DNA from: Paragordius varius
Taxonomy: Eukaryota > Animalia > Nematomorpha
NCBI GenBank assembly: GCA_964247055.1
Contig: OZ176053.1
Coordinates: 10,602,001 to 10,666,000 of the forward strand
Reading direction: 5' to 3'
DNA: 64,000 bases
In this document: in pieces, positions 12,701 to 26,900 of the stretch
Position numbering within the stretch: position 1 is the first letter of the stretch
Layout: each line of letters starts with the position of its first letter
Position numbers and translations under genes: made by a program
Notes under the pieces: generated by a model
What the model was told of the DNA's origin: nothing
Database searches by the model: none
What the model saw: only the letters and a program-made list of their open reading frames with translations

Positions 12701-15700
12701 ATAAAAACCTTGTAGATAATCCACACATACTCCCTACCGCTATGATAATTTTCACTTTATTCCAACCGACATAGGAGAAAGCAAATGGTATAGGGGCATC
12801 ACTATCCAGCAAATAGTATGGCATCATAAGGGTTAAGGCAGCCGAAATCCCAACATACGCTAAGAAACAACTCGTGAGAGCAAGAATAATACTGATGGGC
12901 AGCGTTTTTTGTGGGTTTTTAACTTCTTCGCCTGATTATGTTATTATCCAAAAAATATAGAAATTACAAATCAAACTATGGCGTTTTTTTGAAATTAATC
13001 ATCAAATTTTTATTTTAAAACAAATCATTGAAAATAATCATTTACATCCATCTTAAATAAAAATCCGCACTTATGATTTGGAGTTTTGGGCAAAAATGTC
13101 GCTGTTAAATTTAGATGTTAAAAAATGTACTTTTGAACGAATGTTGGATTTAAATTATCGTTGAACAAAACGTTTACCGATAACGATGTTTTAAAGAAAT
13201 CTCAAATTTGAACAGCAAAACTATAACAAAAAAGATATCAAAAAACTAAAAATTTAATAGAAAAAAACCTGTAGTTGCAATAGCATCAAACCCAATAAAA
13301 GCGTAAAAACAAGTGGCAGCCCCACTCAGAACCCCAGAAAATCCGAAAGGGAAAAATCCACCTTGACCCAAAGCTTGCTTTGTTATAGTACTGGGATCTT
13401 CACCCGTGACATTGAATATTCGTTTCACAAGAGTAGTTGCATTAGTGTTGCTTGATGATTGTGTTAATAGTGTGGAAGAATTTAAATTGCCATTAAGAGC
13501 GGAGGTGGATCCCGTTAAAGCGGCTAAAATCTATTTAGGAGAAATAAAAAGATGGATTTCTTAGAAGGGTGAATATTTATTTGTATCTAAATTATTTTAA
13601 ACGTTTTTACAATTATAATACTAAAAGTTACGAAATATCTGCAATCACTTTATCAATGTTTAAGCCAAAAATCTATTGTAACGTCAAAAAAGTATTCATA
13701 ATACTGCATATGGATCGATCCGCCAATTAGCTAAATCACCCTTTATAACACCCGACACGATGACAAATAAAACGACAACAATGTTCAACATGGTGAAGAC
13801 ATTGTTGAAACGGGAAGAGCTTTTGACACCCACAATGAGAATAACTGTAATTTGTAATATAGAGTTTTAAGATATAAAATATTTATCGGTAGAGAATATT
13901 GAATATTTTTCATCAAAATTATAAATGCCAAATATGAGTAAAAACTCAATTTCTTAGGCATTAGTCAATGTTATGATAAAAAAATCTAAATTTACATTAA
14001 TTTCATATTTGACAACAACGATAACATATCTTTCGATATAAAAAAACCCAGACTTTAAAAATGAGTGTCTATGTCAAAAAAACTTAACTGACTTGTGTTC
14101 TGATCAATACTTTTACCTGTTGTCAAAAACTTTTGGGGTTAATTTAGATTAGTAAACAAAACAATGACAAAAGCATATATTTTAAACTTCGAAAAAAAAA
14201 GTATACATACGTGTTGAAAAGATTGTGATTGCAAGTGCAAGGAAATCTGGATATTCACTCAATTGAGCCAACGATATAGGGATAAATTTTCGCAGCGCAT
14301 TTGATATTCGTTTGTAAGTCATGGCATCAAGTGTGGCACTCCACGCACGGGCCACACTAGCCGCCCCTTTATTATAAAACAAAAATGGTAAAAATTGATC
14401 AAAAAATGCTAAAATATTTAATAAAATATCAAATAAAAAATGGAAATGTGGTTTGATAAAATGTCAAATAAAATTTCGATCTCAAAATTTTAAAAAGTGG
14501 GTTAATTATAAATAAACATATTAATTACATGTTAAAAATCGAGGAGAAATCAATTAGTATATTTTCACAAAAGTAGATTTTTAATTATTTTAAGAACTTT
14601 TAGTTAGTTGTATAAATGATACAAACAAACGTATTATATATTTACCGATCATATATTCCAAGATTAAATTCCAGCCAATAATGAATGCCCAAATTTCACC
14701 AACTGTAACATAACTGTAAACATAGGCGGATCCGGTTTTGGGTACGCGGGCCCCAAATTCGGCGTAACACAGACCTGTTTTCAATTAATAAAGCATAACC
14801 AACATTATAAAGCCAAACTTAAACATTTAAGGACAAATATTTTTTTCAATACTTTTTTAAACCCTGTATAAAATTTATTTTTACAATTGTGAAATATATA
14901 TGCACAATAAAGTATGCAACCAATTTACATCTCTATAAGCGTTATCTGAATGGTTGCCTTTCTATGCAAAAGAATATTTATCCTTTCGTTTTAACGTTGT
15001 TTGTCTTTATAATTTTAACTTAACTGTAGTTATAAAATCTGACTAAATAATTACCCGCAAAAACTGATGCAATGGCAGCTATAAGAAATGAAAATATAAC
15101 GGCAGGTCCAGCAACTTCTTTGGCCACACTTCCCGCTACGACATATATACCGGCACCTAGTGTACTCCCAATTCCTGTAAACAAGGAGAAAAATAAATTA
15201 TAAAATCTTTTTAGGATACATCCATTTTTTTGTCCAATTATCAAAATAAATTACTTTGGAAAACATAACCTATTACTACAATGCATAAATGATAAAAATT
15301 ATTAAAACACAACTTTACTCTCATTACTTTCAAACGTTTTGATGTTATCTTATTGTATGATCTTGATTTATTATCAGTACACAATTATATTAAAGCGTAA
15401 AATATTGGACTTAAATATAAATAATTGCACCCCAAATATATGTGGGCGCATCTATTATTAAGGGTTAGAGATCATTTATGATGGCCCAATATAAGTCAAA
15501 TGTTTTAGTGAAAACTAGCGCCAAGATTCACCCTAGCGCGAGCAACTATTGGAGGAGGGGTGGTATAAAATATCTTGAAAAATTTCCAACTATACGAAAT
15601 ATTGAGTTTATGAAACGGTAAAAACAAAAATAAAAATCTAGAAAAATTAGGCTTTAACAATAAAATATAAGGCAGGATATATGAATCATCTAAATTTCAG

Positions 15701-17292
15701 CATTATAGATTTAAGTATGAGCCTTGACTTTGAACCAACATAACTCGGAGGAAAGTGGGGCAATAAAAAAATAATGATAAGGGGTAACATAGAGAAAAAG
15801 ATAGGGACCACAGCTCTATTTCCTTCATTAAAATCGTTTCTCTATAAATTTTTTTAAGGGGATTCAGGCTTAAATACCCTACGGTCAATATGAATCGACC
15901 GACTTTGTACCCAAAAACTGAAACTAACTAAAAAATTTGTCTTAAAATATTAAGTGTAAAAAAACAGTTAGCTTTCAATATGTATCACTTTTATGCCCAA
16001 ACATTTTATTGATAAAAACCGTATTTATAATAATTCCAAAAAGTTAATGATATTTACACGTAGTAAAAGTGTGACAATCAAATTTTACCAAACTAATTAA
16101 TTCCAAAAAACTGATTTAATATACTTTCTTTATTTTTACCATTTTTACCTGTCTAAAACAATGTTTAAAATTATTTTATGTGTTAGTTGGTTGTTACATC
16201 ATAAATATATTATATTATAAATGCATAAAAAATAATTTTTATATACAAATAATAATTAACCTTCACATAACTTTAATTTTTTTGTACATTGATATTATAT
16301 ATATTAATGTATTTAAACAAATTTATTTTCCACATTTATGGGGAAACTCAAAGATTAACAAGAAAAATATTTTTTCGGGTATATATGTTTAGCAACAAAA
16401 AAAGTACCAAATTTGAATATATATAATTTAAATTATTTTTGTTATTTTGATTTTTCATTTACCTAGATTTCCAAAAAATGATTAATGACATAATATAAGA
16501 TAAAAAATAAACGAAAAAATTGAGATAAAAAATGATGTCACAATACAATATTACATCATTCTCCAAATTCAAATATTTGGTTAATCTTTATGCAATTTCA
16601 TTTACAAAAAAAGTGGATTATTATAATCATTTATGTAATATGTCGTCATAACTTCAAATAATAATTAACCAAATTTAAAGCTCTAAAATAAAAATGTAAA
16701 GTAAATCTATGAAATTAAAAATGACAAAATAAGGACGACTCTTTGAAATATCCTGTAAAAATATAATATATTCCCCACCCCCCTCCCCCCAAAAACAAAT
16801 AACATAAGATTCCATAAAACTACATTAAATGGGGGAAAATATTGATTGGATTCAACAAAAAATCTATAATGCTGCATAATAGAAATAAATTACCTATAAT
16901 ATTTGTTTACTTATTTTTATGTAGATGTATCGGGTTAAAACTGGAACATGCTGCTAATAGAAAATGTATCAAAACAAAATGCATGTATCAAAAAAAGATG
17001 AAAATAATATATTTTAAACAAAAATGACAATTAATAAAAATAATAGAATATCAAAAAAATTGCATATATAGTAACAGGCAATGTCTAAAAAATTTGTAAA
17101 ATATAAAATACCGAGTGCAGTTAGATCAAATAGGTTAAGACATCGTGCCAATTTGGTGTCACAAAGTTTGCCAAAGTCTATGCGTTTTTTACGAAAAAGC
17201 CTAGTGATAAATTGGCCAGCACATCTGTTTCGCCAAGAATTATCCATAGATGCAATAGACGATTCAGATATCTTTTTTTCTGATTGTGCCAT
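9709..17292 (-). CDS. Cationic amino-acid transporter (APC superfamily, SLC7A1-4/CAT type), 14 exons
   Basis: ATG at 17292. Exons encode [125 protein letters not shown] and VPWVPLIP...[19 protein letters not shown]. All junctions are GT-AG and phase-consistent; stop at 9709. The exact acceptor of the last exon is uncertain. Confidence 0.95.
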
Positions 17293-17924
17293 GTGGAAAT
17301 ATGTATTTATAAAGTAATTTAGATATCTAATAGTAAAAACATTTTTGCAATTCAATTTTGTGTTAAAACATGTTAAAAAATTTCATATGATGCAATAAAA
17401 TGAGACGAGCGGCAAAACATTTTACGCTATCAACAGATGTTACATAAATTTTTAGATGTGGATTTTAATATTTTACTTTAAATATGTATAATTTCTTCTT
17501 TTCAAACTATGATAGTAATTATTTTATTAGTTGGTACTACTAAAGATTATGACATCATTTAATATAAATATAGTCCATGTTTAACCGTATGTTTAAATTG
17601 ATAAAATGAGGCCTTTTTAAGCGAAAACGGGATCAATTAAAGTGAAATTATAAATACCATTTATAAGAATATAAATAAAACATTTTATTACAACTATGAA
17701 TATAATATATTAATTTACATCTTATTTAATTTAACTTAATGTTTTAAATGGACAGCTCAGGCGAAAAATATGATTAAATATCTATCTGATATTAATAGAG
17801 TTTACACAAAATCTGGGGCAATAAAATAACCCGTAATACATATAATTATATTGGTAGTGCGCCTCTAAAAATTAAAGTTTTATAAAAATATTGTTTTACT
17901 ATTAAAATATGTAATACATGATAT

Positions 17925-18240
17925 ATACACTGCGTTCAAAATCGGGGGGTATGAATTATAACCTGATGAAAAATATATGATAGGAAATTTATCAGGATTA
18001 TCATGGTGTTTTGGATAGCCCGATCGATTTATGAAAGTTATATTTAGACTTTGTGGCAGGTGCGTCATATCGGTATACTAGATAAAAAAGCAAACATTAA
18101 AATATTAATTTCTAGATGTGGGTTCCAAAAGTCCCAAAATTTTTGCTCTTCTATAAAGAGCTAGTCCAGAACCAAACGCAAAAATGCCGAGGTTGCGCGA
18201 TAAAAATTTTATGTGCTAAATTTTGATATCAACAAAAATA
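17925..18240 (-). repeat. Dispersed repeat family (other copies ~8030-8170 +, ~19840-20230 +, ~30240-30320 -)
   Basis: Shared motifs catgataatcctgata(ca)ttttcctatcaga and tttgggacttt occur in each copy, in both orientations. Termini not resolved. Confidence 0.45.
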
Positions 18241-18276
18241 TTTCGCAAAAAATGCATATTTAATTTAAAAATTTAA

Positions 18277-18833
18277 CACTTGGATACAGCACATTCATTT
18301 TAGTCCTTCGATTTAAATTGGGGTAGTTTAATACCCCAGGCCTGTTTAATATTAAATTCTTTAAAAATATGGAAGGAATCGAGCAAAATTTGCACTTTAG
18401 AATATTATAAAATATATAAAAAATTTTATTCAAAAATGATTGATATTACTTATTTCAAACTAAAACCGAAAGGTAAAAATTTAGTCAACTTGACATGTTT
18501 GCGATGGTAAAATTGAAAAATAATACAAAATAAACCGCTTTTTCTGTTTCTATCAATGTTAGATGTAATTTAAATCTATTATCTGTAATTTTACCCTTAA
18601 AATTAAATGAAGACAATATTTTGCAAAATTTTGTAAAATAAAAATGGCGTCGAAGTAGTTTGACATGGAACTTTTTTTCAAAACAAAATATTATTTAGAT
18701 ATTTGGAAATTATATAATATTTATTAGGATAAAAGCATAATTTTAAATTGTTTCCGTTTCCTTCAGTGGTTTTTTTAAAATCCTAACTCAAATTTAGTCT
18801 GCGGTTTTATATACCCCAATTTGAATAGAAGTG
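18277..18833 (+). mobile_element. piggyBac-type MITE, copy A
   Basis: Flanked by TTAA (18273-76, 18834-37). Termini CACTT...AAGTG; subterminal ttcgattYaaattggggta-N6-tacccc repeats. Confidence 0.85.
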
Positions 18834-20399
18834 TTAATTCAAGCGTACTGCAGACTATTTCGAGGCAGGATGGAAACGTTATAAAAACGCTTTAAGACAT
18901 TATAAAAATACTTTTAAGGTGCTAAACATTTCTACAATTTCAAAATTTTGATTATAATATTTGTTCGTTTCCAAATTTATGTAAAAAAATATTGTATTTT
19001 TTTGAGAAAATTAACCAAAATTTTAAGGAAAAAGGGGTAGTTCTATAAATATAAGCCATGCCGAAATCCATTATAATTTAAAATATATGCTAAATTATGA
19101 CATCAAAAGGTTTTTTTCCAAAAAATGCTCAATATTTAATTTATAGCAAAATTTTGTTGAATCAAGTTTTATGTTATTTGCATTACCATTTGATATGTAG
19201 TGGATACTACAACGTTGCATCATTATATTTTCCTACATCATTTTATTATATGAATCGCATCTTGCGTTTATGTTTGTGCGTCATTATTCGTGGAATTCTT
19301 ATATATATATTCGTAGAATAAAAGACATATTCTTACAATTGTGACGCACATGCATGTTAAAATTATCATTAATTAAAAAGTATAAATATAACGAAATTCT
19401 TAATAAATTATTATTGTTTTGTATTTTCATCACCGATCCGTAATATTCAATACGTAATATTCGATACCTAATACCATTATAAAATGTTTAAATATATAAT
19501 GAAAACAATTTTTCTAAATATTTGGATGATGCCACATATTTCTCTTAAATTTTAATTGTTCATTGTTAAATCTAATTCAATGTAAAAACCATTTATATTT
19601 ATCAATTATTGCAGAACAAATATATAATCGAAATTCTGATTTGATAGAAATGTTTAGCATCCTTGAACTATATAAAAAAGTGGTTATATAACATTTTGAA
19701 GTGTTTTTATCCCATTATGCTTCAAAATGTAACTCTTTATACCATAATTTTGCTATAATTAAATTTTTAAGCAAATTATTTATTTTTTCGAAAACTTTTT
19801 TGATGTGAAGATTTAGTATACATCTATATTTAAATTTTTTATCGCGCAATCTCGGTATTTTTATGTTTATTTTAAGAGAACTAGCCCATTTTAAAGCGCA
19901 AAAAAAATTTGGGACTTTCGGAGTCTTTATCTAAAAATTAAATTTTTTGAAAATATTGTTTTGCATATGTATGTAGTTTACGATATATTTTATTGATGTT
20001 TTTTGGAATAATGCCTCTAGCTTTCACCAAAAAAAAGTTATTTAATAAATATGCGCGAATTTTGCATTTTCCGATATGCAGCACTCACCACAAAAGTGAA
20101 AATAACTTTCTTATATCACTCGTAAGGGCCAAAACCAAAATCCTAATGATAATCCTGATACATTTTCCTATCAGATTATATATTTTATCAGGTTCTGATG
20201 CTGTGTTCTTGTTGTCAAGGTTTTTTATATCCCCTCAAACTCCATAACCTCATTGATAATTTTGAGTTTTTGGTGTTTTCTGGACTCTATTCTCTTAACT
20301 GGATCATAACAAAAAGGCCTATATAGGTGAATGTGAAACCATTTTTTTGACCAAGTTGAGCCATAAAAGCAACAATATATTATCTAATTTCTAAATATT

Positions 20400-20870
20400 T
20401 GATTTAGGATCAAATGCAGACAAATGCGATTTTATGCGGATTAGTAACAAAAAAACTGTAATACTTTTTTTTTCTATTATTTTAACTGTGTTGATCATTC
20501 CAGTATTAATTTACTCAGTTTTCGGTAATCGAATAATATATAGAACATTTATATTTTCCTTTATGCGCACTTGTATTATAGTTTAAAAAACATGTGCGCA
20601 TTTGCTATTATTTTTTTGGCAAAACTAAAACAGAGAGACTTCCTTAAGGGATTTATATTATGAGTGGCAAATATGACAAGATAATTTTTTTATTCTGTAA
20701 GTTCTCTCAACACAGTAGCATATGGTATACAAAAAAATTCTCCATAATTAAATGAATAAAATTAATGTTAAAACATAGGAAAAAATTATTAAATTTTAAA
20801 CATTGGTTTCGTTACCATCCGCTACTGTGGTATATAAGATGCATCAACATAAAGATAAAAAATTAAATAT
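20400..20870 (+). pseudogene. Possible highly decayed CR1/L2-type LINE 3' fragment
   Basis: Reads ...NADKCDFMRISNKK..., like the LxLNxxKCxxM segment of LINE RT C-termini. Many stops and frameshifts. Confidence 0.25.
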
Positions 20871-20925
20871 TAATATATCAGTTATTTCGAACAAAAGTCA
20901 TATAATTATTAATTGTCTCTAATTT

Positions 20926-23900
20926 TCATAAAAACATTTTGTAAGGATTCATTATTTGGTATGGATCAAACAATTGCTTAATTTGTTTACAAAGGTGCCA
21001 ATAATTTAATGACTTATGGTTAATGTTGGTAATGTAATCTTTTTTGCAAAGACCAATACCATGTTCAGCACTGAGACTCCCTTCCCCAATCATTTGATAT
21101 ATGTATGGTTGGAGAGCGTCTAATACATCTTGATCGAATAGTTTAGTTGTGACATTTAAATGTAAATTACCATCTCCAAAATGACCATATGAAACTATGC
21201 GTTTAATTTTGTTACCTACAAATATAATTAGGATTGATCATATAATATGACTAAATTTTATCTATAATTTAGTAATTAACCAAATGATTTTGATATATAC
21301 ATGAGTATTTTTGCCGGTTACATATAAAATATGGCTAGAACCAGCCAAACATATAACTATTAAGATAATAATAAACGGCTTTTATTAAATCTAAAAAAAG
21401 ACGTCGGAAAGATAAGAATATTTAATATAATTGAAAATAAATACATTTATCACTATTAAAACTTGTTTAGACAATTATTGATATTTTATTCTACCATCTT
21501 TTCCAACAAATCAAAATTGTTTGATATATATATATCAAAGTTATCCTTAAAAAATTAAATTCACCATAAAAAAACCTTGATTTTGGGTTAATATAATTTA
21601 TTATTAATATGAAATATTTATGGAAAACACTGGATTTATTTTAGGATTAATTTGAATTGTCAAGGTAAATTTGAATTCAGGGTGAATTCGATATGCAAAT
21701 GGTATATATTATAATTGATCAATTTTTTAACCCATTTTTTCGGTCAAATGTTGACGAACTTCTTTCACAAAAGGTAAAATTCGTCCTGACGAAACAGATA
21801 TATCGTATTTATAGACGTAACCGTCTTTTAATAAAGATGCAGTAATTGATTCTCGTAACTTCCAAAGCGCGCTCATTTGTTCAAGAGATTGTGAAATGAT
21901 TATATCTACGAAAGCAAAATTGGAATGAAATATACAGAATTATGGAGGGCAAAAATTTACAATATCTAGATAGATCCTATAGTGGCGCAACCCCACATTA
22001 TATAGAAAAATAGAAATGAAATATAATATTAGATCAGAAGTGTCCAACACATGGCCCTTCAAAATATTTCTGCAGGCCGAGAGAAATTTCAAATACATAA
22101 TTTTACGAAATCCAAGTAAAAATGATTTCCGCAAATAAATTTCTGTGAAAATCTTTCCGAATTTTGGCAATAAACTAGCAAAAAATCTTAAAATAAATAG
22201 TAGTTAGATTTTACGTTCAAAATTTAATAAAATATTTGTAAATGCCCATATATTTAGCGAATACGGCCCTTTGTTTTCTTAATGCAAAAATGCGGCCCGC
22301 AAAGCTATATTTGTTGGACACCCCTGTTTTAGATCCTAACTTAAATATAAGCATATCTCAGCTTATTTAGATATCGGTTTAAAACATCTTCATTACCTAT
22401 CTTAACACTTTAAATTTGCGCCTTTTAATTTAGTAATCTCATGAATGATTACTCTTTCGTTGATTTCTAACCCAAAATAGACAGATTTTAGTTTTACCCT
22501 TACTCAATCATGATCACATAAATACTCTTATGTTAAACGGTCAAAAAACCAAGTGTTCATGTATTGTTCTCACAAAATATATTTTTATTGATTAAACCGT
22601 TTCTAGCCATTACAAATTTTAGATTTGATGTAAAATCTAAAATATCGTAATTATTTAATGAATATAATAAAAAAAACTTTTTTGTGATATGGCTAATGGT
22701 AAAAGTTGTAACCCATACTCTTGCAATATTTCGGTTACATTCCTATTGCCTGAAGCCTCGATTAAACAGTAAACTTGAAACATTTCTCCATTATTTTCTA
22801 ATTTTAATACAGAAAAATTAAAAAATTTACAAAATAATTGATAATTAATATTTATATTTTTTTTATCTTTCATCTATATGTATATAAATATTAGTGTGTT
22901 AAAAGGAAAAATTAAGAAACCTTGATTTAACAATTGTTTTGGCAAAGCATAACCCAAATTCTCTTGTACTGATAACAATGCATCTAATAAAAAAAATTTA
23001 TTAAAGACTTTTTAATACAAATATCATAAATATTATGCTGCATGATAAAAATATATTGCATTATTGAATATTGAGGTATTTTGAGTGAGCACGGAATGAC
23101 AATTTGAAAATAATATATAAATATATTTAGAAAAAAGGCTAAAATCTATTTGCTTAACTAAAAATTTGAGGTATAAATTTCACATCTATAATTCATAAAA
23201 TCCCAAATTAATCAGCCTTTACACTCATATATTGGCCGATCCAAATATTTTATACGGATTCATGATTCCATTTGGATCTATCATTCGTTTCAAGGAACAC
23301 AAAAGGTTCCATTTGGGTGTAGGCCGTGATTTAACATTTTTCGCCTGACTATCCTTTCCCTTTTCGGGAGTTTCCCTACCATTTACATTTCCAGCAGCAG
23401 GGGAATCATCGAAATAAGAAAAACTGTTTTCATCTGTGTTGCTGATCGACGACGAAGGTGGACAATAGATATGATTTAGCGCATGAAATTTTTGTAAACC
23501 TACCCCATGTTCAGCGCTAATACTGTAAGCTGAAACGGTGGAGTCTTTAAAAGGATGTATGACAGTTGCAATATTCAAATTTTTACTTTGCCCATAATTA
23601 TAAATTTTATTTTCTAAATTATGCAACAAGTGATTGGGTGATGATAATGATGATCCTGCATCCAAACGCTCTCGTAACATGTTTGATGTTGTGGACATGA
23701 TATTAAGGTGCATATTTTGATCTCCAAAGTGGCCACATACTGCAATCTTGACATTTTGGTCCGCTATATTATCTAGTCCATTGGAGTAAAAAATAAAATT
23801 AGGCAGACGAAAAGAAAAAATTTAAAGACAAATTATTTTTTAAAAGACAACGGACGATACTATACTTACTAAGCGTGGTATCCATTTACATCTCCATTGG

Positions 23901-26900
23901 TTTTTTTACGGCCAACGATAAATTTTAAAAATTAAGGTTTAAAAATGTGTTACCTAGCATCTCTCTTTTAATTTCTACGTTTTGGTTATATAGTTTCAAT
24001 TTTAACAGTAAATATTCTAGAGATAAATTTTAAGCATATGAGAACAAAATTAAAAATTAAGCAAGCAAATTATAAAAATATTAAGAAAACCTCTGTTGAC
24101 AATTTCCACCATATCAGCTATGTAATTTTTCCAATGAGTAATAGGGATAGAAACGTCATAACTCACTAAAAATTGATCTTGTCTGAGATCGTTTTCATAT
24201 TTAAGCGATTTTTTTGTCTCACTTGCGATTTCCTTGTTGGGAGTTTTTTGTCTAAAACTTTCCGAAAGGGCTGGATAAATGTGTTCCCTCAATTTCCATA
24301 TATCATAGTATTGAGTAGTATTTTTAGCTAATGTACCCTCAAAACTAACTTTATCATTATTCACATTGTTAGTTACCATATCATAGAGTTTTGTGCCATA
24401 CAGCATTAAATTCTCCGTGCTAATACTGGTGGATTCACTTTCAATATTCTTGTCGTCAGGCATCAATTTTTTGTTTCTATAAGTCCCAGACTCGACCAAA
24501 AAGTAATATGGGTACATATTTTTAAATGGATATTGATCCTTAAAGGATGAAATGACCGTTTCGATACAAGCTTTTGTAAAAATGCAAAGTATAATTATAA
24601 AGGAATAACGCCAAGGATTTATTAGTTAAATTTATTTAATTGGAATGCATGGACCAAGGCCTGTAACAAGGAGAATATTAAAATAAAATTTATAAAGTAT
24701 TTTGAGACTGTGGTTTTAAAGGTTAAAGTTTAGGCGTATTAAAATATATTTCTTTAAATAAAAAATATATTTATTTCACGAATATTTCATGTAACTAATT
24801 TGAGTCAAGAACAAACCTAAATTAACACAAATCAAATGTTTTTACATGTTATATATTAATAATATATGGATGTTCAAATTTTATAGAACCGTATAGATTA
24901 AAAAGGATATTTTGTGTTAGCCTTCCAACAAATAAAAGGCCAAAACGGTAAAATTAACATTTAAATAACCGAATACAATTCTCAGAATTTGTAATGCGAA
25001 TGAAATAATTTGTTTGTTAAATGTGTACAACAGTTAATGAAAAATTACCTTAATATATTAGTCGTATAAATTATTATTGTTAAGAAATAATTACATCCAG
25101 ATTTCCATTGAAACCTCTGATTTAAATTATTTAAATTTCATCAAAACAGGACACGAAATTTCATTTATTTAGTTTTAAGAAAAAAATCACTACCTTTATC
25201 CATAAACTCAAAAGCAGATAATGTTTCACCCAAGACTTGACGAGCTAATTTATAGGCTTCGATAATTTGTTGAAAATCGGAACATCCTATTTGTGGGAAA
25301 ATATATTTTATTTAGGAGATGTGTATAAAAAAATATTGTAAATATACCAAATAAGGCCACATTCACATCTTTTGGTCGTATAGGACACAATAAACTAATT
25401 TTGGTTATAACGCCCAATGTTCCTTCAGAACCTGTAAATTTAAAATAATAAAATTTGTGATAACTAGATGTATTATTTTTCATCGATTCGTCAAATTATT
25501 CAAAAAGTACCGATAAAGACTTGTTTCAAATCATATCCGGTATTGTCTTTTCGTACAGTGTTTAACATGTTACAAATTTCTCCGTTGGGTAAAACCTAGT
25601 CAAAAAAGAGTAGTACCCCCAATAAAACGACTTTTTTTTCAATTAAAAATAATGGAAATTTTATATAAAAAAGATATAAAATAGAGAACTTATAAAGATA
25701 CCAATATTTTTAAATGATTTAAGAGCCTATTGCAATGAGTAGCGAAAAAAGGAATAGAGATATTAGTATATCACACTAATAACTTTGTTTGTGTGAAAAA
25801 TATTAAGGATAATCTTTTCATACGTTTTCACAATATTTTTTACTCTATATTCATTCAAATAATCTGATATTTATATATTACCACTTCTAATCCTAAAACT
25901 GAGCCCCTCAAAGATCCATAACGAATAAGTCGAACGCCCCCGGCATTGGTTGCGACATTCCCGCCTATTTGACAACTGCCTTTGGAGCCCAAATCGAGAG
26001 GTACAATAAGCCCGTGAGCAGATACTGTTTCATCCAAGGTTTTTTGAACACAGCCTGCTTCACAAATAACTACACCTGAGAGTGGAAAATAAAATGAATT
26101 AAAACATTTGTATTATTTCAATAGGAATAGATTAATTCAGGGCTGTCCAATTTGGAAAAATTCGACGGACCGCATAGATTAAGTATATGAGCCGTTATAA
26201 AAATTTTATTACATTTCAAGCATAAAAACTGTCATTAATAAGAAAGCTATTCATTTCACCGATTTATTTATGGGTTTGTTGCTAATCGGATATGGAAATT
26301 TGCTTATGAAACATCCATTTTACTAATATTTGTGAGCATATTTTTGCACAATGTGCAATGCGTATCAATTTGATAATTTTGGAAAATTTTGCGGATCGCA
26401 CTTTATATCTCTCGGAGGATCGCATGCAGCCCGCTGGTCGTATGCTGGCCTCTTGGTTAATCAGTCGTTGCATATAAATATATTTTTTCCCTTTATCTAT
26501 TTGTTATTCTAATCCTCCACAAAACTGGATAATTGAAATATTTGTAATATTTCATATTAACTTTTTGTTTGATTAATTACACTAGTCGACAAATTTGGAC
26601 ATTTTTGAGCACCACCACTCAAACTTTTAAATTATGACTAATTTCAGTGTTTTTAAACCGAATGTGAAAATTTTTTGATCCCGCCAATCAGAATTTTGAA
26701 ATATTATAGGTTTTTCTATTTTTCAAAAACAAGAGAAAATCGAGAGAAAATTAAATATAACTTTATAATAAAATGTTTTTATATAATAAACTTAATATCA
26801 TTTATTAAAGCGTTTTAAACTCTATCTTTGAATATAAATATGCCATTTAAATATAAGAGAGAAAAAAATAGTACGGACTTAAACGTCAAAATTTAGTCTT

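Noticed and set aside
17081-17317. 78-aa + ORF; likewise 43286-43474, 46915-47130, 57388-57582, 62440-62703 and 63583-63765
   Set aside because: Antisense or off-frame shadows of real coding sequence or transposase remnants.
25096-25117. Candidate D2HGDH exon EVSMEIW after exon 7
   Set aside because: It runs into TAA and I found no compatible downstream exon; the acceptors at 24571 and 22984 give better homology.
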